Shown: piece after piece, positions 9,519 through 19,028 of the stretch
Layout of the letters: each line of letters opens with the position of its first letter
Numbering within the stretch: position 1 is the stretch's first letter
Assembly (NCBI GenBank): GCA_902578675.1
Contig: CACHDV010000001.1
Coordinates: 24,065 to 88,064 of the forward strand
Length of the DNA: 64,000 nucleotides
From: an uncultured Alphaproteobacteria bacterium
Lineage (GTDB): Bacteria; Pseudomonadota; Alphaproteobacteria; Thalassobaculales; Thalassobaculaceae
Reading direction: 5' to 3'
The notes under the pieces: generated by a model
Databases searched by the model: none
What the model was told of the DNA's origin: nothing
The model's input: the letters and a program-made list of their open reading frames with translations, nothing else
Position numbers and translations under genes: made by a program

Positions 9519-11696
9519 ATGTTCGAAACAAAAAAATATGTAAGCTTGGGGCCTTTCAAGGCATTCATAGCGGCTGCAAAGATCATTTTGACAGCTCTAT
9601 TTTTCCTCTATCCAACCTTTTTTGCGTTCGGTTCACCAGAATCCGACTGGGTCAAAACAGACTTCGCCAAATTCAGAATAATAAGTGGTATTAAGGACAT
9701 AGGTAAGGAAACTAAAATACCTTTAGGGCTCGAATTTTATCTTCATGAAGGCTGGAAAATTTACTGGCGCAATCCGGGAGATGCTGGCTTTCCTCCTAGT
9801 TTTATTGAAAATAAATCCAACAATTTAGCGGAAATTGAATGGCGCTGGCCGGTTCCCATGCGCTTCACACTTGATGGGATGCAAAGTTTTGGCTACGCCA
9901 ACCACGTTGTTATACCGCTAACAGCCACAATAAAAAGCAATCAACACCCGTTGAAGTTTAGAACTACATTAAACGCTCTCGCGTGCAGAGAAATATGCAT
10001 TCCAATAGAAGGAATTTTAAAACTCCAACTGCCCACGGGGACTGGCGCACCAAGTAAGTTTTCAAAAGTATTAAGAAATTTTGAAAGATTAATACCTACG
10101 ACGAGCAGCTGGCCAGGGTTTACCTTAAAAAGCTCGCACCTTAAAGGGAAGACATTAATATTAAATATTAATTCGCCCACAAAACTAAGTGAACCAGATG
10201 TTTACTTGGAGGCAATGAGTCACATTAACTTTGCTAAACCCACAGTCAATTTATCCAGCGACGAAAAAACAGCAGAGCTAAAAGTTTTGGTTGAGTTTCC
10301 AGATGCTACTACTCCTGCAGAATTTCCTGCAATTTTAACCTTCGTCGACAAAGGGCGTTTTATAGAATTACGGGAGATTATTCGTCCAACCGTAATATCC
10401 AGAACTGCGAGCACGCACTTTTGGAAAATCGGCAACATTACAATGACTATCTTTCTTATCGCTTTTCTTGGAGGCGTGATACTTAATTTTATGCCGTGCG
10501 TACTCCCAGTTCTTATGATTAAGTTATTAGATATATCAAGGGCTGTGGATCAAGATCGCAAATCAGTGCGGCTAGGTTTTCTCAGCTCAGCTGTTGGGAT
10601 AATAACATCGTTTTTCGCACTCGCTGTATTTGCGATTTTACTTAAAAACTTCGGTTTTTTTGTAACCTGGGGGATGCAGTTTCAACAACCAGTTTTTATA
10701 ACAATGTCATGCATACTCATATTAGCTTTTTCTGCGAGCCTCTTAGGTTGGTTTAAGTTCAAGGCACCAGATAAGCTTATCGATAGCTTATCAAGACCAA
10801 TACCTATCCAACATAATCAGGCAATTTGGCCAAAAATAACCGGCCACTTTTTTACCGGAGTGTTCGCTACAATACTTGCAACACCCTGCTCAGCACCATT
10901 AGTCGGAACAGCTTTAACCTTCGCTCTTGGAGGCGAGGCTCAGGAGATAGTGATCATTTTTTTATTAATGGGCTTGGGCCTAGCTTTACCCTATTTATCC
11001 GTATCTGCATTCCCAGGTGCATTAAAAATTATGCCAAAGCCTGGGGCTTGGATGCGAAAACTAGAGATTTTCCTCGCCATTTTATTATGCTTAACAGCTC
11101 TTTGGCTGCTAACTGTGCTATCTGAACAGATTTCCCTAAGCCTCCTGTTACTTGTTATTGGCTTAATAGGTCTAGCGGGTTTCGCCATATTAATGTCTAA
11201 AATATTTCAGCTCCACCTGCTCCTAGGTATATCAGCGATACTAGCCCTCTGTGCTGTTATCGCAAGTAACGGACCAAGTTTCCTACCAGGGCAAAATCGC
11301 TCATTGGTTGCAACCAACCTCTCTACAGTGGGAGACTCAAATTTAGGTTGGAAAAGTTTTGATGAAGAACAAATTTCTAAACACGTTAATGCTGGAAAAA
11401 CAGTCATTGTAGATGTCAGCGCCGACTGGTGTATCACCTGCAAAGTAAACGAAAAACTTTTTATTTCAACTGGACTTATCGAAGACGCCTTAAAATCTGG
11501 GGAACTTATAGGAATGAAGGCAGATTGGACTAGCCCTAATGAAAGAATCGCTAATTACTTAATTTCATTTAACAGATACGGTATACCTTTCACAGTGATC
11601 TATGGGCCGAGAGCTAGAACGGGGATAGTGCTCCCAGAACTGCTAAGTGTAGATGCTATCAAGGATGCTATAGAAGCTGCTTCTTTCGATAAATAG
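9519..11696 (+). CDS. ScsB/DsbD-family thiol:disulfide reductase (periplasmic N-domain + DsbD TM core + C-terminal thioredoxin)
   Basis: 725 aa with a signal peptide and an N-domain carrying ACREICIP. The TM core has FMPCVLPVL and ATPCSAPLVG. The C-terminal thioredoxin domain has WCITC. Confidence 0.85.
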   Translation: MFETKKYVSLGPFKAFIAAAKIILTALFFLYPTFFAFGSPESDWVKTDFAKFRIISGIKDIGKETKIPLGLEFYLHEGWKIYWRNPGDAGFPPSFIENKSNNLAEIEWRWPVPMRFTLDGMQSFGYANHVVIPLTATIKSNQHPLKFRTTLNALACREICIPIEGILKLQLPTGTGAPSKFSKVLRNFERLIPTTSSWPGFTLKSSHLKGKTLILNINSPTKLSEPDVYLEAMSHINFAKPTVNLSSDEKTAELKVLVEFPDATTPAEFPAILTFVDKGRFIELREIIRPTVISRTASTHFWKIGNITMTIFLIAFLGGVILNFMPCVLPVLMIKLLDISRAVDQDRKSVRLGFLSSAVGIITSFFALAVFAILLKNFGFFVTWGMQFQQPVFITMSCILILAFSASLLGWFKFKAPDKLIDSLSRPIPIQHNQAIWPKITGHFFTGVFATILATPCSAPLVGTALTFALGGEAQEIVIIFLLMGLGLALPYLSVSAFPGALKIMPKPGAWMRKLEIFLAILLCLTALWLLTVLSEQISLSLLLLVIGLIGLAGFAILMSKIFQLHLLLGISAILALCAVIASNGPSFLPGQNRSLVATNLSTVGDSNLGWKSFDEEQISKHVNAGKTVIVDVSADWCITCKVNEKLFISTGLIEDALKSGELIGMKADWTSPNERIANYLISFNRYGIPFTVIYGPRARTGIVLPELLSVDAIKDAIEAASFDK

Positions 11697-11778
11697 TCTA
11701 TTGAAAAAGAAATTTTATATTTTGCTGAAAGCTTATTATTATAGGAAGAGAATGTATGTAGTATGAGGATCCGTAGTT

Positions 11779-11796
11779 TGTAATTCCCACATTACA
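11779..11796. promoter_or_regulatory. Inverted repeat TGTAAT-N6-ATTACA upstream of the peroxiredoxin gene (candidate operator)
   Basis: Read directly from the sequence, 47 nt upstream of the prx ATG. A 6-bp-arm repeat is easily a chance occurrence. Confidence 0.2.
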
Positions 11797-11842
11797 GGCA
11801 TTGCAATTAATTTCAAATTTACACTAAAAAAGGAAACACAAG

Positions 11843-12325
11843 ATGAGCATCAAAGCAGGCGACAGAATCCCCAACGGAACACTAAAACACAAAACATCTG
11901 ATGGTGTAATCGATATCAGCACAGAGCAGCTTTTCTCTGGTAAAAAAGTTGTCGTCTTTGCCGTTCCTGGCGCTTTCACACCCACTTGTTCCGCAAAGCA
12001 CTTACCCGGGTTTGTCGCAAAAGCAGCTGAAATCAAAGCAAAAGGCGTAGACACAATTGCTTGCGTGTCAGTAAATGATGCTTTTGTGATGGATGCGTGG
12101 GGCATAGATCAGAATGCTGGAGACAAAGTAATGATGCTTGCTGATGGAAGTGCTATCTTCACAAAGGCGATAGGACAAGAGCTCGACAGAACAGAAGCTG
12201 GTATGGGGATTAGGTCAGCACGGTATGCTATGATCGTCGATGATGGAGTCGTGACAGAGATGTTAGCAGAGGAGCCCGGTGCGTTTGAGGTATCTAGCGC
12301 AGAATATGTATTGGGCAAACTTTAA
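11843..12325 (+). CDS. Prx5-type (atypical 2-Cys) peroxiredoxin
   Basis: 160 aa with VVVFAVPGAFTPTCSAKHLPGF active-site motif and no signal peptide. Shine-Dalgarno-like aaaggaaa lies upstream. Confidence 0.9.
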   Translation: MSIKAGDRIPNGTLKHKTSDGVIDISTEQLFSGKKVVVFAVPGAFTPTCSAKHLPGFVAKAAEIKAKGVDTIACVSVNDAFVMDAWGIDQNAGDKVMMLADGSAIFTKAIGQELDRTEAGMGIRSARYAMIVDDGVVTEMLAEEPGAFEVSSAEYVLGKL

Positions 12326-12380
12326 CACGTGGTTTTAAGCAACTTTATCGACGGATAAGCGACCGAGCTTCTGTCAGACA

Positions 12381-12893
12381 CTAAGTTTCGAATGTATCGA
12401 TTACTTGTTTAGAAATAGAATATGGGAAGCCTGCTTTGGCAAGAACCCCAAGGTCACGTTTTCTATTGGCTTCCCTTTCTTTCTTTTCTCTGTAAGGGCC
12501 GAGGCACTTACGTCTGGCCACTAAAAAGGCAGCTTCCAACTCTTCTTGTTCTCCTGATATGTCATCTAAAACCCGGCTGATAACGTCTCTTTCGAAACCC
12601 TTTGCTGCAAGCTTTGCTTTTATCATCTTTAATGAAGTTCCGCGCCGCAACAAAGAAGAACATAGATTTTCTGCCACTAAACTGTCGTTCAATAATCCTG
12701 CTTTCGTGAATCTATCAACAATTTCGCTAATCCATTCTTCAACTTCTAACGGCCGTTGTTCTAAATCACCTTCCATTCTAATGATCTTACGTTTTAAAAC
12801 TAACTTGAATGCATTTGTCGACGCGGCGTAACGCCCCAGATAACGAAGGCCGGCCTTTCTTAATGTTTCAAAACTCAGAACTTGCTTTGACAC
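12381..12893 (-). CDS. recX: Regulatory protein RecX
   Basis: 170 aa, helical-repeat protein with a RecX-like N-terminus (LRYLGRYAAS...). No recA is adjacent. Confidence 0.8.
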   Translation of the reverse strand: MSKQVLSFETLRKAGLRYLGRYAASTNAFKLVLKRKIIRMEGDLEQRPLEVEEWISEIVDRFTKAGLLNDSLVAENLCSSLLRRGTSLKMIKAKLAAKGFERDVISRVLDDISGEQEELEAAFLVARRKCLGPYREKKEREANRKRDLGVLAKAGFPYSISKQVIDTFET

Positions 12894-13001
12894 TGCATCT
12901 CCAATCCTAGCCGCACTAACTTCAGTTTAAGATATCAATAGGGTTACTTACTGTTAGATATTTGCACAAAGCATTTTTTAATCAGTTTTGGTAAAATTTG
13001 T

Positions 13002-13018
13002 TGTTCGCTTTACTGTTC
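13002..13018. promoter_or_regulatory. Direct repeat TGTTC-N7-TGTTC in the recX/dcd divergent region (near-miss to the alphaproteobacterial LexA box)
   Basis: Sequence is TGTTCgctttacTGTTC. The canonical box is GTTC-N7-GTTC (period 11), whereas the period here is 12. Confidence 0.2.
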
Positions 13019-13073
13019 CAACATAATACTATTGGTTGAACATTAGTGATATTCTGAATTATGAAGAAAAGCT

Positions 13074-14219
13074 ATGCCGACACAATCAATGTTTCCTGAA
13101 TTAGCTACACCGTTAATCCGGTCCACGGGAATATTGGCGAGCCAAACATTACTAGAAATGGCAACAGCAGGAAAGATATCATCGGATCTTCCTATAACAG
13201 ATTCGCAAATTCAACCAGCGAGTCTCGATCTCAGACTAGGAGCTGTCGCTTATAGAGTTCAGGCAAGTTTCCTACCAGGGCCAAGTTCGACTATACACGA
13301 CAAGCTGAAATCGCTCGAAATGCACAAGTTTTCTCTGACTGATGGGGCAGTTCTAGAAAAAGGTTGCGTTTATATTGTACCGCTTCAAGAGACATTGAAC
13401 CTGAATTCTAGTATCTCAGGAACTGCAAATCCAAAAAGTTCTACGGGTCGAATTGACGTATTTACTCGACTGCTAACTGACTTTACATCCGAGTTTGAAA
13501 CGGTTCAGGCGGGTTATCAGGGACCGTTATATGCCGAAATTAGTCCGCGAACCTTTAGTATTGTTGTGCGAGAAGGCTCGACTCTCAACCAAGTTAGGTT
13601 TCGCCGGGGCACGCCAGCTGCAGCGGACGCCACTATGAGACGCCTCCAAGAAACGGAGGGGCTAGTAAATAAAAATGATGGCCCCATTGATATAAAAAAT
13701 GGTGTAGCGATTAGTGTTGATTTATCCAGAAACACAGAAAATAACTTAGTCGGTTATAAGGCAAAACAGCATACGTCCCTAATTGATGTGGATAAAATTG
13801 CTGCATGTCAAATAAACGACTATTGGGATCCCGTATACAAGTCATCCAGCAAAAACAGTGGATTGATACTTAACCCCGATGAGTTCTATATCCTGATGTC
13901 GAAAGAGTATGTTACCGTGCCTTTAGATTACGCTGCTGAAATGCGTGCATATGATACCAAAGTTGGCGAATTTCGCGTTCACTATGCAGGTTTTTTTGAT
14001 CCAGGGTTTGGTCATGCCGAAAGCGGGGGACAGGGAACGCGGGCTGTTCTAGAGGTTAGATCGCATGATGTGCCATTTCTTATTGAAGATGGACAGACCG
14101 TATGTCGCTTGATCTATGAGCAAATGACACAAATTCCGGAAAAAATTTATGGGGCAGGTGGGGTTGGCTCTAATTATCAAGGGCAAGCATTGAAGCTTTC
14201 AAAGCATTTTAAATCCTAA
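13074..14219 (+). CDS. dcd: 2'-deoxycytidine 5'-triphosphate deaminase, long (~380 aa) DCD-family form
   Basis: 381 aa. Sequence character matches the long dCTP deaminase family common in alphaproteobacteria (QPASLDLRLG, PKSSTGRIDVF, dUTPase-like fold motifs). Confidence 0.8.
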   Translation: MPTQSMFPELATPLIRSTGILASQTLLEMATAGKISSDLPITDSQIQPASLDLRLGAVAYRVQASFLPGPSSTIHDKLKSLEMHKFSLTDGAVLEKGCVYIVPLQETLNLNSSISGTANPKSSTGRIDVFTRLLTDFTSEFETVQAGYQGPLYAEISPRTFSIVVREGSTLNQVRFRRGTPAAADATMRRLQETEGLVNKNDGPIDIKNGVAISVDLSRNTENNLVGYKAKQHTSLIDVDKIAACQINDYWDPVYKSSSKNSGLILNPDEFYILMSKEYVTVPLDYAAEMRAYDTKVGEFRVHYAGFFDPGFGHAESGGQGTRAVLEVRSHDVPFLIEDGQTVCRLIYEQMTQIPEKIYGAGGVGSNYQGQALKLSKHFKS

Positions 14220-14280
14220 AAGAACCGGAAAATTTTTGCTGAAAAGTAAATTGATCTATTTGCGTTATAGACAATTATAC

Positions 14281-14304
14281 TCAGCCTGAATGCTGATTTT
14301 ATTT
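14281..14304 (+). terminator. Weak intrinsic-terminator-like hairpin after dcd
   Basis: TCAGC-ctgaat-GCTGA (5-bp stem) followed by TTTTATTT, about 60 nt after the dcd stop. Confidence 0.3.
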
Positions 14305-14434
14305 CTATATCAACTACTTTTTAGTTATCATAAAGGTTACTATCTTGACATGAGGTGTTGTAATAGGTTTGATCCTCGACTTTATCGTTTCACGGTAATA
14401 GCAACACGCCAACATGAATTAGCGGAGGTCTATT

Positions 14435-15607
14435 ATGGTTACAGCTGTAATGCCTACATATGGAAGAATTGATATAGCTTTTGAAAACGGGGAAGGCTCA
14501 TATCTGTTCGACACCAATGGTGAAAAATATCTTGATTTTGCCACTGGTATAGCCACCAACTCTTTAGGACACTGCCACCCACATCTGGTGGCAGCTGTAC
14601 AAGAGCAGGCAGCTAAGCTTTGGCATGTTTCCAACCTCTACAACATACCCCAACAACAACGATTTGCTGATAGGTTAGTTGAGAATTCCTTTGCTGATAC
14701 CGTATTTTTCTGTAATTCCGGAGCGGAAGCAATGGAAGGTTGTTTAAAAGTGGCGAGGAAATACCATTTTGAAAACGGAGAACCAAAAAGAGAAGAGATA
14801 GTTTGCGCCACGGGTGCTTTTCACGGTCGAACCTTAACCACTCTTTCTGCAGGAGATAGCGAAAAATATAGGGAAGGTTTTGGGCCACGTCCGGATGGCT
14901 TTCATCATGTGGCCTTTGGAAATTTGAACGAGATGCGGGCCGCAATGTCCGATAAAACGGCAGCAATATTGGTGGAACCGATACAGGGAGAAGGCGGAAT
15001 TAACCCGGCTTCATCAGCGTACCTACAGTCACTCCGTGATATAGCCGACGAATTCAACACGCTTCTTATTTTTGATGAAGTACAGTGTGGAATGGGCAGG
15101 TCAGGGAAATTGTTTGCTTATGAGACAGCTAATGTAACACCCGATATAATGGGGTTAGCAAAGGGTATTGGCGGTGGTTTTCCAGTTGGAGCTGTCCTAG
15201 CAACAGAGAAAGCTGCATCCGGTATGGTGCCTGGAACTCATGGTTCAACATATGGCGGCAATCCTCTGGCTATGGCGGCAGCAAATGCCGTTTTAGATGT
15301 AATGCTTGAAAAAGGTTTCCTTTCCTCAGTTGTCAAAAAGGGAACCAAGCTGAAAGATGATCTTGTATCATTAGTTGAAAAGCACTCGACAGTATTAGAG
15401 TCAGTTCGTGGTGTTGGGCTTATGCTTGGGATAAAAAGTGTTGGTCCTAATCTCGAGTTAATGGCAGCATTTCGAGAAAATAAGCTGCTTACAGTCGTAG
15501 CCGGCGAGAACGTAGTTAGGGTTTTACCCCCTCTTAACGTAAGCGAGGAAGAGATATCAGAGGCCGTTCAGAAAATAGATCAGACATGCAGCCAAGTTTC
15601 GAGCTAA
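14435..15607 (+). CDS. argD: Acetylornithine aminotransferase
   Basis: 390 aa class-III aminotransferase with FDEVQCGMGRSGK and AKGIGGGFP (PLP lysine region). Followed by argF. Confidence 0.92.
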   Translation: MVTAVMPTYGRIDIAFENGEGSYLFDTNGEKYLDFATGIATNSLGHCHPHLVAAVQEQAAKLWHVSNLYNIPQQQRFADRLVENSFADTVFFCNSGAEAMEGCLKVARKYHFENGEPKREEIVCATGAFHGRTLTTLSAGDSEKYREGFGPRPDGFHHVAFGNLNEMRAAMSDKTAAILVEPIQGEGGINPASSAYLQSLRDIADEFNTLLIFDEVQCGMGRSGKLFAYETANVTPDIMGLAKGIGGGFPVGAVLATEKAASGMVPGTHGSTYGGNPLAMAAANAVLDVMLEKGFLSSVVKKGTKLKDDLVSLVEKHSTVLESVRGVGLMLGIKSVGPNLELMAAFRENKLLTVVAGENVVRVLPPLNVSEEEISEAVQKIDQTCSQVSS

Positions 15608-15652
15608 AATATCTCCTCCTGAAAGTAGCCTTTTAAAAAAGAGAAAGTAAAC

Positions 15653-16582
15653 ATGACATCGGACTACGACCGCAAGATGGCGGTTAATCAGAATCATTTT
15701 TTAGATTTAAAAGATCTAAGTGGAAGCGTATTGCGCAAAATTCTATCGCAAGCAGTGGATTTGAAGAGTACTCGAAAGGACAAGAAACAACCTCTAAATG
15801 GAAAAACATTAGCTATGATTTTTGAGAAACCCAGCACACGGACCCGGGTTTCTTTTGAGGTAGGAATGAAGGAACTAGGTGGCGATGTTGTTGTTTTAAG
15901 TGGTGACGAATTGCAGGTTTCAAGAGGCGAAAGCATCGCAGATACCGCAAGAGTACTATCCCGATATGTAGATGGCATAATGATCAGGACGTTTGAAGAG
16001 GCTAAAATTCGTGAAATGGCTAAATATGCTTCTGTTCCTGTAATCAATGGTCTTACGGATAACTCGCATCCATGCCAATTAATGGCCGATGTGATGACAT
16101 TCGAGGAACACCGCGGGTCAATTAAAGGGAAAACCGTGGCGTGGAGCGGGGACGGAAATAATATGGCTTCATCTTGGATACATGCCGCAACGAAATTTGA
16201 TTTTAGATTAAATATTGCATGCCCAAGAGAATGCAGGCCTGATGAAGGGCTATTAGATTGGGCAAATGAACAAAAAAATCATGTCAGTCTTTTTCATGAT
16301 CCCAAGGCCGCTGTAGAAAATGCTGACTGTGTCGTAACAGATACCTGGGTGTCTATGGGAAGCGATGCTTCTAATCAACATAATCTACTAGCCCCTTTTC
16401 AAGTTAATAAAAAATTAATGGAAAATGCTTCTCCGGAAGCAGTTTTCTTGCACTGTTTACCTGCACACAGAGGCGAAGAAGTAACGTCCGAAGTACTTGA
16501 CGGGCCACAATCTTTAGTTTGGGATGAGGCAGAAAATCGATTGCATGCGCAAAAAGCCATTTTGTTGTGGTGCATGACCTGA
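15653..16582 (+). CDS. argF: Ornithine carbamoyltransferase
   Basis: [22 protein letters not shown] and [12 protein letters not shown] motifs. An alternative in-frame start lies at 15677. Confidence 0.95.
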   Translation: MTSDYDRKMAVNQNHFLDLKDLSGSVLRKILSQAVDLKSTRKDKKQPLNGKTLAMIFEKPSTRTRVSFEVGMKELGGDVVVLSGDELQVSRGESIADTARVLSRYVDGIMIRTFEEAKIREMAKYASVPVINGLTDNSHPCQLMADVMTFEEHRGSIKGKTVAWSGDGNNMASSWIHAATKFDFRLNIACPRECRPDEGLLDWANEQKNHVSLFHDPKAAVENADCVVTDTWVSMGSDASNQHNLLAPFQVNKKLMENASPEAVFLHCLPAHRGEEVTSEVLDGPQSLVWDEAENRLHAQKAILLWCMT

Positions 16583-16584
16583 AT

Positions 16585-17517
16585 ATGTCGAGAAAACAAA
16601 TCGCTACTCAGGACTCAATATTACCATTTCAAATAGAGCCCTATTATCTTCGCGGGCGTTTCGTAAGACTTAGTCATGTATCTAAAGCCATTTTGCACCG
16701 CCATCAATACCCGGACTCCGTCGCGAAACTAATCACTGAAATGCTTATCCTCGCGCCATGCCTATCCAGCTCGCTGAAATATGATGGGGTATTTACTCTA
16801 CAAGTCAGTGGCCAAGATCCAATTAAAACGCTTTTAGTAGATGTGACTAGCAATGGTGCGTTGAGAGCCTACGCTGCTTATAATCCAGAGAAAATTAACA
16901 GCGACTCAACGAATGAGCCTTTGCAAAAACTAACGGGAGGTGGGTACATAGCATTCACTGTTGACCAAGGGAGAAACGAAGATCGATATCAAGGAATAGT
17001 TGAGCTCAATAAAAACAGTCTAGCTGATTGTGTCCATGACTATTTTCGTAACTCCGAGCAGATAGAAACAATAGTCAACTTAAGCGTAGAAAAATCATTT
17101 TCTGGAGCATGGCATGGTGCCGCTATAATCATACAAAAAGAGGCTTTTCCAGGTGGCAAACAACTCCCTATTGGGGCCACGCAAGAAGATTACGAAGAGG
17201 CTTGGCGCAACGCAGCCATAATGCTTGCCAGCTGCACAAAAACCGAATTACTAGACACCGCAGAAAAGCCGAACGAGCTTTTGTATAAATTATTTCATGA
17301 GACTGGGGTACGTATTTACCCCAAGAAATTCCTAAAAGACGAATGCCGATGCTCAATAGAAAAGATTGAAAATATGCTTTTGAGTCTTAACACTGAGGAG
17401 AGACAGGATTTGAGAGTTGATGGCAAAATTACCGTGACATGCGAATTTTGCAAGGTCGAGCACACATATGACGAGCATAGACTTGAAAAACTCTTATTAA
17501 CAAGGAATGATCATTAA
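16585..17517 (+). CDS. hslO: Hsp33 redox-regulated chaperone
   Basis: C-terminal zinc centre CRCS...CEFC. The longest ORF (16567) overlaps argF. ATG 16585 lies 2 nt after the argF stop. Confidence 0.92.
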   Translation: MSRKQIATQDSILPFQIEPYYLRGRFVRLSHVSKAILHRHQYPDSVAKLITEMLILAPCLSSSLKYDGVFTLQVSGQDPIKTLLVDVTSNGALRAYAAYNPEKINSDSTNEPLQKLTGGGYIAFTVDQGRNEDRYQGIVELNKNSLADCVHDYFRNSEQIETIVNLSVEKSFSGAWHGAAIIIQKEAFPGGKQLPIGATQEDYEEAWRNAAIMLASCTKTELLDTAEKPNELLYKLFHETGVRIYPKKFLKDECRCSIEKIENMLLSLNTEERQDLRVDGKITVTCEFCKVEHTYDEHRLEKLLLTRNDH

Positions 17518-17542
17518 AGATTAAAACATTGAATGGATACTG

Positions 17543-18148
17543 ATGCCCGAGGCTAAAAAGCTACGACCAAAAATTAAACTACTTTTTTTAGTAAGTTTTT
17601 TATCCTGTACACTTCTATCGTGTAAAACAAACAATATAGACTTCACCACGCCTGAACTTACTTTCAGTCACCTGCCTGATATCCGGATCAATGTGGCGAA
17701 TATAGCTGTATTCAATGAATACAAAATGCCATTCAAACAACCAAACATAGAACATTTAGCTCCAATATCGCCTGGGGCCAGCGTAGAGCGCTGGGTTTCA
17801 GACATACTCATTCCAGTTGGGGATAAGCTGGACGCTCAATTTGTTATAAAATCCGGATCAATTATTGAAAGCGAATTGAAAACCCAAAAAGGATTCAAAG
17901 GGATTTTTGCTATTGAACAGTCAAAGCGCTACACGGCAACCATAGACGTCCAGTTAGAAATTTTTGATGGATCCCGACGACTGGCTACCATCAATGCAAA
18001 AGCTGAACGCTCACATACCCTGCGGGAAGATGCTACACCTAATTTAAAAACTAACTTATTGTTTAACCTTGTAGAAAATTTGATGGCTACCTTTGATAAA
18101 GAGTTAAGACGCCAAGTTGACTTGCATTTGCAAAATTATACCCAATAA
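17543..18148 (+). CDS. Hypothetical lipoprotein
   Basis: 201 aa with a basic N-terminus, hydrophobic core and lipobox LLSC. No family recognised. Sits 25 nt after hslO. Confidence 0.6.
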   Translation: MPEAKKLRPKIKLLFLVSFLSCTLLSCKTNNIDFTTPELTFSHLPDIRINVANIAVFNEYKMPFKQPNIEHLAPISPGASVERWVSDILIPVGDKLDAQFVIKSGSIIESELKTQKGFKGIFAIEQSKRYTATIDVQLEIFDGSRRLATINAKAERSHTLREDATPNLKTNLLFNLVENLMATFDKELRRQVDLHLQNYTQ

Positions 18149-18172
18149 CAGCTTTAAATTTTTTGAGTGTCC

Positions 18173-19009
18173 ATGACTGTTCTTTCAATCCAATCAAGCG
18201 TCTCTTTTGGCTACGTTGGAAACAGTGTAGCTATACCCACATTGCAAAAACTAGGACACGATTGCTGGTATATTCATACAGTATATTTTTCTAATCACCC
18301 GGGTCACGAACGATTCTCCGGTGAATTTGCCACACCAAAATCAATAAACAAAAAAATCCAAAACATTAGTGAAATTAGAGGCCTGGATAATTGCAAAGCG
18401 ATATTGTCGGGTTATCTTGGGTTACCCTCTAATGCTGAAGTAGTAGCTTCTGCTGTGGATTATGTTAAGAAACTTGATGCTAGTCGCTTATACATCCTCG
18501 ATCCAGTTATTGGTGATGATGGTAAAGTCTTTGTGAAAAAAGGCATACGTTCTTCTATACGAGATATTCTTCTCCCGAGAGCAGATTTTGTTATACCAAA
18601 CATGAGTGAGCTTTCCTGGCTTTCTGGTCAAGACGTTAATAATTACTCAGCAATGATTGCAGCTGCCTGTCACGTCCTAAAAAGTGGCCCAAAAGCGGTC
18701 TTTGTAACTGGCCGGGTCGAAAACCTACAGATTGCTAACTACGCGATCAGTGAGGGGGGTGTGTGGAGAGCAGCCGGACAATTTATTAACCAAAAGTTCA
18801 ATGGCACCGGCGACTTTTTTTCTGCTTTGGTAACCGGATTACTTTTAAACGGCTACAAAATTGACGATTTGCTGTCAGTAGCAACTGCTGCGTGCGAACT
18901 TATCACTTTCGAGACCCAGAAAAAGCAAGCAAAAGAACTCGCGGTCATAACAGCTCTTCAAAAAATGGATATTGACGAAATAGGTGTTCGTGTCGAAAAG
19001 ATAGCTTGA
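18173..19009 (+). CDS. pdxY: Pyridoxal/pyridoxamine kinase
   Basis: VLSIQSSVSFGYVGNSVA N-terminus and GTGDFFSA motif of PdxK/PdxY. An alternative GTG start lies at 18167. Confidence 0.85.
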   Translation: MTVLSIQSSVSFGYVGNSVAIPTLQKLGHDCWYIHTVYFSNHPGHERFSGEFATPKSINKKIQNISEIRGLDNCKAILSGYLGLPSNAEVVASAVDYVKKLDASRLYILDPVIGDDGKVFVKKGIRSSIRDILLPRADFVIPNMSELSWLSGQDVNNYSAMIAAACHVLKSGPKAVFVTGRVENLQIANYAISEGGVWRAAGQFINQKFNGTGDFFSALVTGLLLNGYKIDDLLSVATAACELITFETQKKQAKELAVITALQKMDIDEIGVRVEKIA

Positions 19010-19028
19010 GATAACAAGCTATAACCAA

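Noticed and set aside
14290-14472. 60-aa ORF in the dcd-argD spacer, running into argD.
   Set aside because: It overlaps the argD start in another frame and has an aromatic/Cys-rich improbable composition. The spacer is better explained by a weak dcd terminator hairpin (14281-14304) plus the argD promoter region (TTGACA at 14345-14350).
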